Position numbers and translations under genes: made by a program
Shown: piece after piece, positions 8,881 to 19,665 of the stretch
Layout of the letters: each line of letters starts with the position of its first letter
Numbering within the stretch: position 1 is the first letter of the stretch
From: Azolla caroliniana
Taxonomy: Eukaryota > Plantae > Polypodiophyta
Direction: 5' to 3'
NCBI GenBank assembly: GCA_043228905.1
Contig: JBHGNT010000573.1
Location: forward strand, 1 to 20,302
DNA length: 20,302 nucleotides
The notes under the pieces: generated by a model
The model's input: the letters and a program-made list of their open reading frames with translations, nothing else
What the model was told of the DNA's origin: nothing
Database searches by the model: none

Positions 8881-9749
8881 TGCGATTGTCCTTATGATCC
8901 CGGTGCTTGTCTCCTAATGGATTGTATTGACATTGCTCCCTCCACCTTTAATATATACACATGGCCATGCAATCAGAGCACATGCATGTCACTCACCACT
9001 CCCATTACCATAACGTGTGTGTCCTGCGTACAACTCTTGCCCAAGACCCATACCAACTAGTCCACCCTCCCACACGTCTAGGCTAGTCCTAGGTGTCGTA
9101 TTGTCACCAGACAATCTGGGCGCAACCTGTAGCGCGTACTCCTCCTCCTCGCGCGAGAGCTTGTCGAGCAACATAACATTTATACATACATAGGTAAATG
9201 TGCGCACTCGCGCGTGCGCGTAGGGGTGTGCGGGCACGTGCACATTAAACTAGAACGCGCTAGTGCCGAGACACTAAGCACGCGGAGGCTACTGCGGGAC
9301 GAGTGGTGGCTCCCGAGTGTGCTACATCGATGAACGTAGATAGACCGGTGTCCGTACTCGCTCGTTCGGACGGACGAGGGGTTGGTAACGACGACGACAA
9401 GGAAAGCTAACCGGACTACCACACTAGGAGTGTCCTATCGGGCAAGTGTGGAAGCAAGTTCACATTCGCCGCGTGTACAAGTTGACCTTAGCCTTAGCCG
9501 TTGCCGTGGCGTGTGCGGTATGGGTGTCCTGCTTTGATGTTTTTTTTTCCGTTTGGGTGGTTTGCGGTCCCTATAGGCAAATTCTATGCGTTGGTGCTCG
9601 TGTTTACGTTCGTGTTGGAGGGACGTTGGTGCTCGTGTTTACGTTCGTGTGGGTGTAATGCGCGATTGGGGAGACGCACTTGTTCGTAAACACTTACGAG
9701 AAATTAGAGAGAGACCACGAGAATAATTTGAACAAGGTTTATGTACTAT

Positions 9750-10535
9750 TTAGAAGCGACGAATACAAGCACGAGGGCGAAGATCGCACTGTTGGAGTAG
9801 GCGGGAGGCGGCGACGCCTAGAGCTCTTTCCTCGTCATCGGCCTTGAATTGGCGACGTTGTTGACGTTCGTCCTCTTGTCGTCGAGACATGCGGTGGCGG
9901 CGTTCGTCACCCTCTCGTCGCTCACGGCTGCTATCTCTCTCGCGCTCCTCGTCCTCTTCCTCCCAGCTACGGTGTTCCCTTGATTGTTGGCCATGGCGTC
10001 GGCCTTCATCATTGCGTCGTTCCTCCTCGTCAGCATACAAGGCATCACGTAGGCGATCGCATCGATCTTCGGCGGGGATTCGTTCGACGTTCCTGCAGCA
10101 CCGTTCCGAGGGTCTTGAGTATCGAGTGTTTTCGATCCATGGGGAGCGACGTCCTTGTTCACCTTCCTCTCTTTCGGAGCGCTCTTGTAGCTCTCGGATC
10201 TGCTTGTCGATGAAATCACCGCACTCTCGCCTCAGTTCCTCGTCACGTGGCTCATCGCGACCACGGCTACGACGTTCCCTTTCCTCTTCGGAGTCTCTCT
10301 TGTTGTCTCTGTAGCGGCGCCCCTCCTCAAGGAACCCCTCACGACGTCGCTCGCGCCTCTCGTCATCGCACTCCCCCTCTCGGCGTCGATCGCGCCTCTC
10401 CTCGTCAATGTCTCCCTCACGACGTCGATCGCGTCGCTCCTCTTCACGGTCCCGCCCTACAGACCTAGCATTGGCCGCGGTACACGCGGCGAGCATGATC
10501 ACGGCCATGAGGAATACGGAAGTAAGCTTTGCCAT
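9750..10535 (-). CDS. 2S albumin-like storage preproprotein, copy 7
   Basis: Translation identical to copy 2. Upstream spacer has C>A at 10689 and a 14-bp deletion near 10860. Confidence 0.88.
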   Translation of the reverse strand: MAKLTSVFLMAVIMLAACTAANARSVGRDREEERRDRRREGDIDEERRDRRREGECDDERRERRREGFLEEGRRYRDNKRDSEEERERRSRGRDEPRDEELRRECGDFIDKQIRELQERSEREEGEQGRRSPWIENTRYSRPSERCCRNVERIPAEDRCDRLRDALYADEEERRNDEGRRHGQQSREHRSWEEEDEERERDSSRERREGDERRHRMSRRQEDERQQRRQFKADDEERALGVAASRLLQQCDLRPRACIRRF

Positions 10536-11390
10536 TGCGATTGTCCTTATGATCCCGGTGCTTGTCTCCTAATGGATTGTATTGACATTGCTCCCTCCAC
10601 CTTTAATATATACACATGGCCATGCAATCAGAGCACATGCATGTCACTCACCACTCCCATTACCATAACGTGTGTGTCCTGCGTACAAATCTTGCCCAAG
10701 ACCCATACCAACTAGTCCACCCTCCCACACGTCTAGGCTAGTCCTAGGTGTCGTATTGTCACCAGACAATCTGGGCGCAACCTGTAGCGGGTACTCCTCC
10801 TCCTCGCGCGAGAGCTTGTCGAGCAACATAACATTTATACATACATAGGTAAATGTGCGCGTAGGGGTGTGCGGGCACGTGCACATTAAACTAGAACGCG
10901 CTAGTGCCGAGACACTAAGCACGCGGAGGCTACTGCGGGACGAGTGGTGGCTCCCGAGTGTGCTACATCGATGAACGTAGATAGACCGGTGTCCGTACTC
11001 GCTCGTTCGGACGGACGAGGGGTTGGTAACGACGACGACAAGGAAAGCTAACCGGACTACCACACTAGGAGTGTCCTATCGGGCAAGTGTGGAAGCAAGT
11101 TCACATTCGCCGCGTGTACAAGTTGACCTTAGCCTTAGCCGTTGCCGTGGCGTGTGCGGTATGGGTGTCCTGCTTTGATGTTTTTTTTTCCGTTTGGGTG
11201 GTTTGCGGTCCCTATAGGCAAATTCTATGCGTTGGTGCTCGTGTTTACGTTCGTGTTGGAGGGACGTTGGTGCTCGTGTTTACGTTCGTGTGGGTGTAAT
11301 GCGCGATTGGGGAGACGCACTTGTTCGTAAACACTTACGAGAAATTAGAGAGAGACCACGAGAATAATTTGAACAAGGTTTATGTACTAT

Positions 11391-12176
11391 TTAGAAGCGA
11401 CGAATACAAGCACGAGGGCGAAGATCGCACTGTTGGAGTAGGCGGGAGGCGGCGACGCCTAGAGCTCTTTCCTCGTCATCGGCCTTGAATTGGCGACGTT
11501 GTTGACGTTCGTCCTCTTGTCGTCGAGACATGCGGTGGCGGCGTTCGTCACCCTCTCGTCGCTCACGGCTGCTATCTCTCTCGCGCTCCTCGTCCTCTTC
11601 CTCCCAGCTACGGTGTTCCCTTGATTGTTGGCCATGGCGTCGGCCTTCATCATTGCGTCGTTCCTCCTCGTCAGCATACAAGGCATCACGTAGGCGATCG
11701 CATCGATCTTCGGCGGGGATTCGTTCGACGTTCCTGCAGCACCGTTCCGAGGGTCTTGAGTATCGAGTGTTTTCGATCCATGGGGAGCGACGTCCTTGTT
11801 CACCTTCCTCTCTTTCGGAGCGCTCTTGTAGCTCTCGGATCTGCTTGTCGATGAAATCACCGCACTCTCGCCTCAGTTCCTCGTCACGTGGCTCATCGCG
11901 ACCACGGCTACGACGTTCCCTTTCCTCTTCGGAGTCTCTCTTGTTGTCTCTGTAGCGGCGCCCCTCCTCAAGGAACCCCTCACGACGTCGCTCGCGCCTC
12001 TCGTCATCGCACTCCCCCTCTCGGCGTCGATCGCGCCTCTCCTCGTCAATGTCTCCCTCACGACGTCGATCGCGTCGCTCCTCTTCACGGTCCCGCCCTA
12101 CAGACCTAGCATTGGCCGCGGTACACGCGGCGAGCATGATCACGGCCATGAGGAATACGGAAGTAAGCTTTGCCAT
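11391..12176 (-). CDS. 2S albumin-like storage preproprotein, copy 8
   Basis: Translation identical to copy 2. Confidence 0.88.
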   Translation of the reverse strand: MAKLTSVFLMAVIMLAACTAANARSVGRDREEERRDRRREGDIDEERRDRRREGECDDERRERRREGFLEEGRRYRDNKRDSEEERERRSRGRDEPRDEELRRECGDFIDKQIRELQERSEREEGEQGRRSPWIENTRYSRPSERCCRNVERIPAEDRCDRLRDALYADEEERRNDEGRRHGQQSREHRSWEEEDEERERDSSRERREGDERRHRMSRRQEDERQQRRQFKADDEERALGVAASRLLQQCDLRPRACIRRF

Positions 12177-13045
12177 TGCGATTGTCCTTATGATCCCGGT
12201 GCTTGTCTCCTAATGGATTGTATTGACATTGCTCCCTCCACCTTTAATATATACACATGGCCATGCAATCAGAGCACATGCATGTCACTCACCACTCCCA
12301 TTACCATAACGTGTGTGTCCTGCGTACAACTCTTGCCCAAGACCCATACCAACTAGTCCACCCTCCCACACGTCTAGGCTAGTCCTAGGTGTCGTATTGT
12401 CACCAGACAATCTGGGCGCAACCTGTAGCGGGTACTCCTCCTCCTCGCGCGAGAGCTTGTCGAGCAACATAACATTTATACATACATAGGTAAATGTGCG
12501 CACTCGCGCGTGCGCGTAGGGGTGTGCGGGCACGTGCACATTAAACTAGAACGCGCTAGTGCCGAGACACTAAGCACGCGGAGGCTACTGCGGGACGAGT
12601 GGTGGCTCCCGAGTGTGCTACATCGATGAACGTAGATAGACCGGTGTCCGTACTCGCTCGTTCGGACGGACGAGGGGTTGGTAACGACGACGACAAGGAA
12701 AGCTAACCGGACTACCACACTAGGAGTGTCCTATCGGGCAAGTGTGGAAGCAAGTTCACATTCGCCGCGTGTACAAGTTGACCTTAGCCTTAGCCGTTGC
12801 CGTGGCGTGTGCGGTATGGGTGTCCTGCTTTGATGTTTTTTTTTCCGTTTGGGTGGTTTGCGGTCCCTATAGGCAAATTCTATGCGTTGGTGCTCGTGTT
12901 TACGTTCGTGTTGGAGGGACGTTGGTGCTCGTGTTTACGTTCGTGTGGGTGTAATGCGCGATTGGGGAGACGCACTTGTTCGTAAACACTTACGAGAAAT
13001 TAGAGAGAGACCACGAGAATAATTTGAACAAGGTTTATGTACTAT

Positions 13046-13831
13046 TTAGAAGCGACGAATACAAGCACGAGGGCGAAGATCGCACTGTTGGAGTAGGCGG
13101 GAGGCGGCGACGCCTAGAGCTCTTTCCTCGTCATCGGCCTTGAATTGGCGACGTTGTTGACGTTCGTCCTCTTGTCGTCGAGACATGCGGTGGCGGCGTT
13201 CGTCACCCTCTCGTCGCTCACGGCTGCTATCTCTCTCGCGCTCCTCGTCCTCTTCCTCCCAGCTACGGTGTTCCCTTGATTGTTGGCCATGGCGTCGGCC
13301 TTCATCATTGCGTCGTTCCTCCTCGTCAGCATACAAGGCATCACGTAGGCGATCGCATCGATCTTCGGCGGGGATTCGTTCGACGTTCCTGCAGCACCGT
13401 TCCGAGGGTCTTGAGTATCGAGTGTTTTCGATCCATGGGGAGCGACGTCCTTGTTCACCTTCCTCTCTTTCGGAGCGCTCTTGTAGCTCTCGGATCTGCT
13501 TGTCGATGAAATCACCGCACTCTCGCCTCAGTTCCTCGTCACGTGGCTCATCGCGACCACGGCTACGACGTTCCCTTTCCTCTTCGGAGTCTCTCTTGTT
13601 GTCTCTGTAGCGGCGCCCCTCCTCAAGGAACCCCTCACGACGTCGCTCGCGCCTCTCGTCATCGCACTCCCCCTCTCGGCGTCGATCGCGCCTCTCCTCG
13701 TCAATGTCTCCCTCACGACGTCGATCGCGTCGCTCCTCTTCACGGTCCCGCCCTACAGACCTAGCATTGGCCGCGGTACACGCGGCGAGCATGATCACGG
13801 CCATGAGGAATACGGAAGTAAGCTTTGCCAT
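13046..13831 (-). CDS. 2S albumin-like storage preproprotein, copy 9
   Basis: Translation identical to copy 2. Confidence 0.88.
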   Translation of the reverse strand: MAKLTSVFLMAVIMLAACTAANARSVGRDREEERRDRRREGDIDEERRDRRREGECDDERRERRREGFLEEGRRYRDNKRDSEEERERRSRGRDEPRDEELRRECGDFIDKQIRELQERSEREEGEQGRRSPWIENTRYSRPSERCCRNVERIPAEDRCDRLRDALYADEEERRNDEGRRHGQQSREHRSWEEEDEERERDSSRERREGDERRHRMSRRQEDERQQRRQFKADDEERALGVAASRLLQQCDLRPRACIRRF

Positions 13832-14700
13832 TGCGATTGTCCTTATGATCCCGGTGCTTGTCTCCTAATGGATTGTATTGACATTGCTCCCTCCACCTTT
13901 AATATATACACATGGCCATGCAATCAGAGCACATGCATGTCACTCACCACTCCCATTACCATAACGTGTGTGTCCTGCGTACAACTCTTGCCCAAGACCC
14001 ATACCAACTAGTCCACCCTCCCACACGTCTAGGCTAGTCCTAGGTGTCGTATTGTCACCAGACAATCTGGGCGCAACCTGTAGCGGGTACTCCTCCTCCT
14101 CGCGCGAGAGCTTGTCGAGCAACATAACATTTATACATACATAGGTAAATGTGCGCACTCGCGCGTGCGCGTAGGGGTGTGCGGGCACGTGCACATTAAA
14201 CTAGAACGCGCTAGTGCCGAGACACTAAGCACGCGGAGGCTACTGCGGGACGAGTGGTGGCTCCCGAGTGTGCTACATCGATGAACGTAGATAGACCGGT
14301 GTCCGTACTCGCTCGTTCGGACGGACGAGGGGTTGGTAACGACGACGACAAGGAAAGCTAACCGGACTACCACACTAGGAGTGTCCTATCGGGCAAGTGT
14401 GGAAGCAAGTTCACATTCGCCGCGTGTACAAGTTGACCTTAGCCTTAGCCGTTGCCGTGGCGTGTGCGGTATGGGTGTCCTGCTTTGATGTTTTTTTTTC
14501 CGTTTGGGTGGTTTGCGGTCCCTATAGGCAAATTCTATGCGTTGGTGCTCGTGTTTACGTTCGTGTTGGAGGGACGTTGGTGCTCGTGTTTACGTTCGTG
14601 TGGGTGTAATGCGCGATTGGGGAGACGCACTTGTTCGTAAACACTTACGAGAAATTAGAGAGAGACCACGAGAATAATTTGAACAAGGTTTATGTACTAT

Positions 14701-15486
14701 TTAGGAGCGACGAATACAAGCACGAGGGCGAAGATCGCACTGTTGGAGTAGGCGGGAGGCGGCGACGCCTAGAGCTCTTTCCTCGTCATCGGCCTTGAAT
14801 TGGCGACGTTGTTGACGTTCGTCCTCTTGTCGTCGAGACATGCGGTGGCGGCGTTCGTCACCCTCTCGTCGCTCACGGCTGCTATCTCTCTCGCGCTCCT
14901 CGTCCTCTTCCTCCCAGCTACGGTGTTCCCTTGATTGTTGGCCATGGCGTCGGCCTTCATCATTGCGTCGTTCCTCCTCGTCAGCATACAAGGCATCACG
15001 TAGGCGATCGCATCGATCTTCGGCGGGGATTCGTTCGACGTTCCTGCAGCACCGTTCCGAGGGTCTTGAGTATCGAGTGTTTTCGATCCATGGGGAGCGA
15101 CGTCCTTGTTCACCTTCCTCTCTTTCGGAGCGCTCTTGTAGCTCTCGGATCTGCTTGTCGATGAAATCACCGCACTCTCGCCTCAGTTCCTCGTCACGTG
15201 GCTCATCGCGACCACGGCTACGACGTTCCCTTTCCTCTTCGGAGTCTCTCTTGTTGTCTCTGTAGCGGCGCCCCTCCTCAAGGAACCCCTCACGACGTCG
15301 CTCGCGCCTCTCGTCATCGCACTCCCCCTCTCGGCGTCGATCGCGCCTCTCCTCGTCAATGTCTCCCTCACGACGTCGATCGCGTCGCTCCTCTTCACGG
15401 TCCCGCCCTACAGACCTAGCATTGGCCGCGGTACACGCGGCGAGCATGATCACGGCCATGAGGAATACGGAAGTAAGCTTTGCCAT
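14701..15486 (-). CDS. 2S albumin-like storage preproprotein, copy 10 (F261S variant)
   Basis: Identical to copy 2 except the last sense codon TTC>TCC (plus-strand A>G at 14705). Confidence 0.88.
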   Translation of the reverse strand: MAKLTSVFLMAVIMLAACTAANARSVGRDREEERRDRRREGDIDEERRDRRREGECDDERRERRREGFLEEGRRYRDNKRDSEEERERRSRGRDEPRDEELRRECGDFIDKQIRELQERSEREEGEQGRRSPWIENTRYSRPSERCCRNVERIPAEDRCDRLRDALYADEEERRNDEGRRHGQQSREHRSWEEEDEERERDSSRERREGDERRHRMSRRQEDERQQRRQFKADDEERALGVAASRLLQQCDLRPRACIRRS

Positions 15487-16355
15487 TGCGATTGTCCTTA
15501 TGATCCCGGTGCTTGTCTCCTAATGGATTGTATTGACATTGCTCCCTCCACCTTTAATATATACACATGGCCATGCAATCAGAGCACATGCATGTCACTC
15601 ACCACTCCCATTACCATAACGTGTGTGTCCTGCGTACAACTCTTGCCCAAGACCCATACCAACTAGTCCACCCTCCCACACGTCTAGGCTAGTCCTAGGT
15701 GTCGTATTGTCACCAGACAATCTGGGCGCAACCTGTAGCGGGTACTCCTCCTCCTCGCGCGAGAGCTTGTCGAGCAACATAACATTTATACATACATAGG
15801 TAAATGTGCGCACTCGCGCGTGCGCGTAGGGGTGTGCGGGCACGTGCACATTAAACTAGAACGCGCTAGTGCCGAGACACTAAGCACGCGGAGGCTACTG
15901 CGGGACGAGTGGTGGCTCCCGAGTGTGCTACATCGATGAACGTAGATAGACCGGTGTCCGTACTCGCTCGTTCGGACGGACGAGGGGTTGGTAACGACGA
16001 CGACAAGGAAAGCTAACCGGACTACCACACTAGGAGTGTCCTATCGGGCAAGTGTGGAAGCAAGTTCACATTCGCCGCGTGTACAAGTTGACCTTAGCCT
16101 TAGCCGTTGCCGTGGCGTGTGCGGTATGGGTGTCCTGCTTTGATGTTTTTTTTTCCGTTTGGGTGGTTTGCGGTCCCTATAGGCAAATTCTATGCGTTGG
16201 TGCTCGTGTTTACGTTCGTGTTGGAGGGACGTTGGTGCTCGTGTTTACGTTCGTGTGGGTGTAATGCGCGATTGGGGAGACGCACTTGTTCGTAAACACT
16301 TACGAGAAATTAGAGAGAGACCACGAGAATAATTTGAACAAGGTTTATGTACTAT

Positions 16356-17141
16356 TTAGAAGCGACGAATACAAGCACGAGGGCGAAGATCGCACTGTTG
16401 GAGTAGGCGGGAGGCGGCGACGCCTAGAGCTCTTTCCTCGTCATCGGCCTTGAATTGGCGACGTTGTTGACGTTCGTCCTCTTGTCGTCGAGACATGCGG
16501 TGGCGGCGTTCGTCACCCTCTCGTCGCTCACGGCTGCTATCTCTCTCGCGCTCCTCGTCCTCTTCCTCCCAGCTACGGTGTTCCCTTGATTGTTGGCCAT
16601 GGCGTCGGCCTTCATCATTGCGTCGTTCCTCCTCGTCAGCATACAAGGCATCACGTAGGCGATCGCATCGATCTTCGGCGGGGATTCGTTCGACGTTCCT
16701 GCAGCACCGTTCCGAGGGTCTTGAGTATCGAGTGTTTTCGATCCATGGGGAGCGACGTCCTTGTTCACCTTCCTCTCTTTCGGAGCGCTCTTGTAGCTCT
16801 CGGATCTGCTTGTCGATGAAATCACCGCACTCTCGCCTCAGTTCCTCGTCACGTGGCTCATCGCGACCACGGCTACGACGTTCCCTTTCCTCTTCGGAGT
16901 CTCTCTTGTTGTCTCTGTAGCGGCGCCCCTCCTCAAGGAACCCCTCACGACGTCGCTCGCGCCTCTCGTCATCGCACTCCCCCTCTCGGCGTCGATCGCG
17001 CCTCTCCTCGTCAATGTCTCCCTCACGACGTCGATCGCGTCGCTCCTCTTCACGGTCCCGCCCTACAGACCTAGCATTGGCCGCGGTACACGCGGCGAGC
17101 ATGATCACGGCCATGAGGAATACGGAAGTAAGCTTTGCCAT
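16356..17141 (-). CDS. 2S albumin-like storage preproprotein, copy 11
   Basis: Translation identical to copy 2. Confidence 0.88.
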   Translation of the reverse strand: MAKLTSVFLMAVIMLAACTAANARSVGRDREEERRDRRREGDIDEERRDRRREGECDDERRERRREGFLEEGRRYRDNKRDSEEERERRSRGRDEPRDEELRRECGDFIDKQIRELQERSEREEGEQGRRSPWIENTRYSRPSERCCRNVERIPAEDRCDRLRDALYADEEERRNDEGRRHGQQSREHRSWEEEDEERERDSSRERREGDERRHRMSRRQEDERQQRRQFKADDEERALGVAASRLLQQCDLRPRACIRRF

Positions 17142-18010
17142 TGCGATTGTCCTTATGATCCCGGTGCTTGTCTCCTAATGGATTGTATTGACATTGCTCC
17201 CTCCACCTTTAATATATACACATGGCCATGCAATCAGAGCACATGCATGTCACTCACCACTCCCATTACCATAACGTGTGTGTCCTGCGTACAACTCTTG
17301 CCCAAGACCCATACCAACTAGTCCACCCTCCCACACGTCTAGGCTAGTCCTAGGTGTCGTATTGTCACCAGACAATCTGGGCGCAACCTGTAGCGGGTAC
17401 TCCTCCTCCTCGCGCGAGAGCTTGTCGAGCAACATAACATTTATACATACATAGGTAAATGTGCGCACTCGCGCGTGCGCGTAGGGGTGTGCGGGCACGT
17501 GCACATTAAACTAGAACGCGCTAGTGCCGAGACACTAAGCACGCGGAGGCTACTGCGGGACGAGTGGTGGCTCCCGAGTGTGCTACATCGATGAACGTAG
17601 ATAGACCGGTGTCCGTACTCGCTCGTTCGGACGGACGAGGGGTTGGTAACGACGACGACAAGGAAAGCTAACCGGACTACCACACTAGGAGTGTCCTATC
17701 GGGCAAGTGTGGAAGCAAGTTCACATTCGCCGCGTGTACAAGTTGACCTTAGCCTTAGCCGTTGCCGTGGCGTGTGCGGTATGGGTGTCCTGCTTTGATG
17801 TTTTTTTTTCCGTTTGGGTGGTTTGCGGTCCCTATAGGCAAATTCTATGCGTTGGTGCTCGTGTTTACGTTCGTGTTGGAGGGACGTTGGTGCTCGTGTT
17901 TACGTTCGTGTGGGTGTAATGCGCGATTGGGGAGACGCACTTGTTCGTAAACACTTACGAGAAATTAGAGAGAGACCACGAGAATAATTTGAACAAGGTT
18001 TATGTACTAT

Positions 18011-18796
18011 TTAGAAGCGACGAATACAAGCACGAGGGCGAAGATCGCACTGTTGGAGTAGGCGGGAGGCGGCGACGCCTAGAGCTCTTTCCTCGTCATC
18101 GGCCTTGAATTGGCGACGTTGTTGACGTTCGTCCTCTTGTCGTCGAGACATGCGGTGGCGGCGTTCGTCACCCTCTCGTCGCTCACGGCTGCTATCTCTC
18201 TCGCGCTCCTCGTCCTCTTCCTCCCAGCTACGGTGTTCCCTTGATTGTTGGCCATGGCGTCGGCCTTCATCATTGCGTCGTTCCTCCTCGTCAGCATACA
18301 AGGCATCACGTAGGCGATCGCATCGATCTTCGGCGGGGATTCGTTCGACGTTCCTGCAGCACCGTTCCGAGGGTCTTGAGTATCGAGTGTTTTCGATCCA
18401 TGGGGAGCGACGTCCTTGTTCACCTTCCTCTCTTTCGGAGCGCTCTTGTAGCTCTCGGATCTGCTTGTCGATGAAATCACCGCACTCTCGCCTCAGTTCC
18501 TCGTCACGTGGCTCATCGCGACCACGGCTACGACGTTCCCTTTCCTCTTCGGAGTCTCTCTTGTTGTCTCTGTAGCGGCGCCCCTCCTCAAGGAACCCCT
18601 CACGACGTCGCTCGCGCCTCTCGTCATCGCACTCCCCCTCTCGGCGTCGATCGCGCCTCTCCTCGTCAATGTCTCCCTCACGACGTCGATCGCGTCGCTC
18701 CTCTTCACGGTCCCGCCCTACAGACCTAGCATTGGCCGCGGTACACGCGGCGAGCATGATCACGGCCATGAGGAATACGGAAGTAAGCTTTGCCAT
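18011..18796 (-). CDS. 2S albumin-like storage preproprotein, copy 12
   Basis: Translation identical to copy 2. Confidence 0.88.
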   Translation of the reverse strand: MAKLTSVFLMAVIMLAACTAANARSVGRDREEERRDRRREGDIDEERRDRRREGECDDERRERRREGFLEEGRRYRDNKRDSEEERERRSRGRDEPRDEELRRECGDFIDKQIRELQERSEREEGEQGRRSPWIENTRYSRPSERCCRNVERIPAEDRCDRLRDALYADEEERRNDEGRRHGQQSREHRSWEEEDEERERDSSRERREGDERRHRMSRRQEDERQQRRQFKADDEERALGVAASRLLQQCDLRPRACIRRF

Positions 18797-19665
18797 TGCG
18801 ATTGTCCTTATGATCCCGGTGCTTGTCTCCTAATGGATTGTATTGACATTGCTCCCTCCACCTTTAATATATACACATGGCCATGCAATCAGAGCACATG
18901 CATGTCACTCACCACTCCCATTACCATAACGTGTGTGTCCTGCGTACAACTCTTGCCCAAGACCCATACCAACTAGTCCACCCTCCCACACGTCTAGGCT
19001 AGTCCTAGGTGTCGTATTGTCACCAGACAATCTGGGCGCAACCTGTAGCGGGTACTCCTCCTCCTCGCGCGAGAGCTTGTCGAGCAACATAACATTTATA
19101 CATACATAGGTAAATGTGCGCACTCGCGCGTGCGCGTAGGGGTGTGCGGGCACGTGCACATTAAACTAGAACGCGCTAGTGCCGAGACACTAAGCACGCG
19201 GAGGCTACTGCGGGACGAGTGGTGGCTCCCGAGTGTGCTACATCGATGAACGTAGATAGACCGGTGTCCGTACTCGCTCGTTCGGACGGACGAGGGGTTG
19301 GTAACGACGACGACAAGGAAAGCTAACCGGACTACCACACTAGGAGTGTCCTATCGGGCAAGTGTGGAAGCAAGTTCACATTCGCCGCGTGTACAAGTTG
19401 ACCTTAGCCTTAGCCGTTGCCGTGGCGTGTGCGGTATGGGTGTCCTGCTTTGATGTTTTTTTTTCCGTTTGGGTGGTTTGCGGTCCCTATAGGCAAATTC
19501 TATGCGTTGGTGCTCGTGTTTACGTTCGTGTTGGAGGGACGTTGGTGCTCGTGTTTACGTTCGTGTGGGTGTAATGCGCGATTGGGGAGACGCACTTGTT
19601 CGTAAACACTTACGAGAAATTAGAGAGAGACCACGAGAATAATTTGAACAAGGTTTATGTACTAT

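Noticed and set aside
10644-11063. Unique 139-aa ORF
   Set aside because: It is a chance fusion of two spurious spacer ORFs caused by the 14-bp deletion
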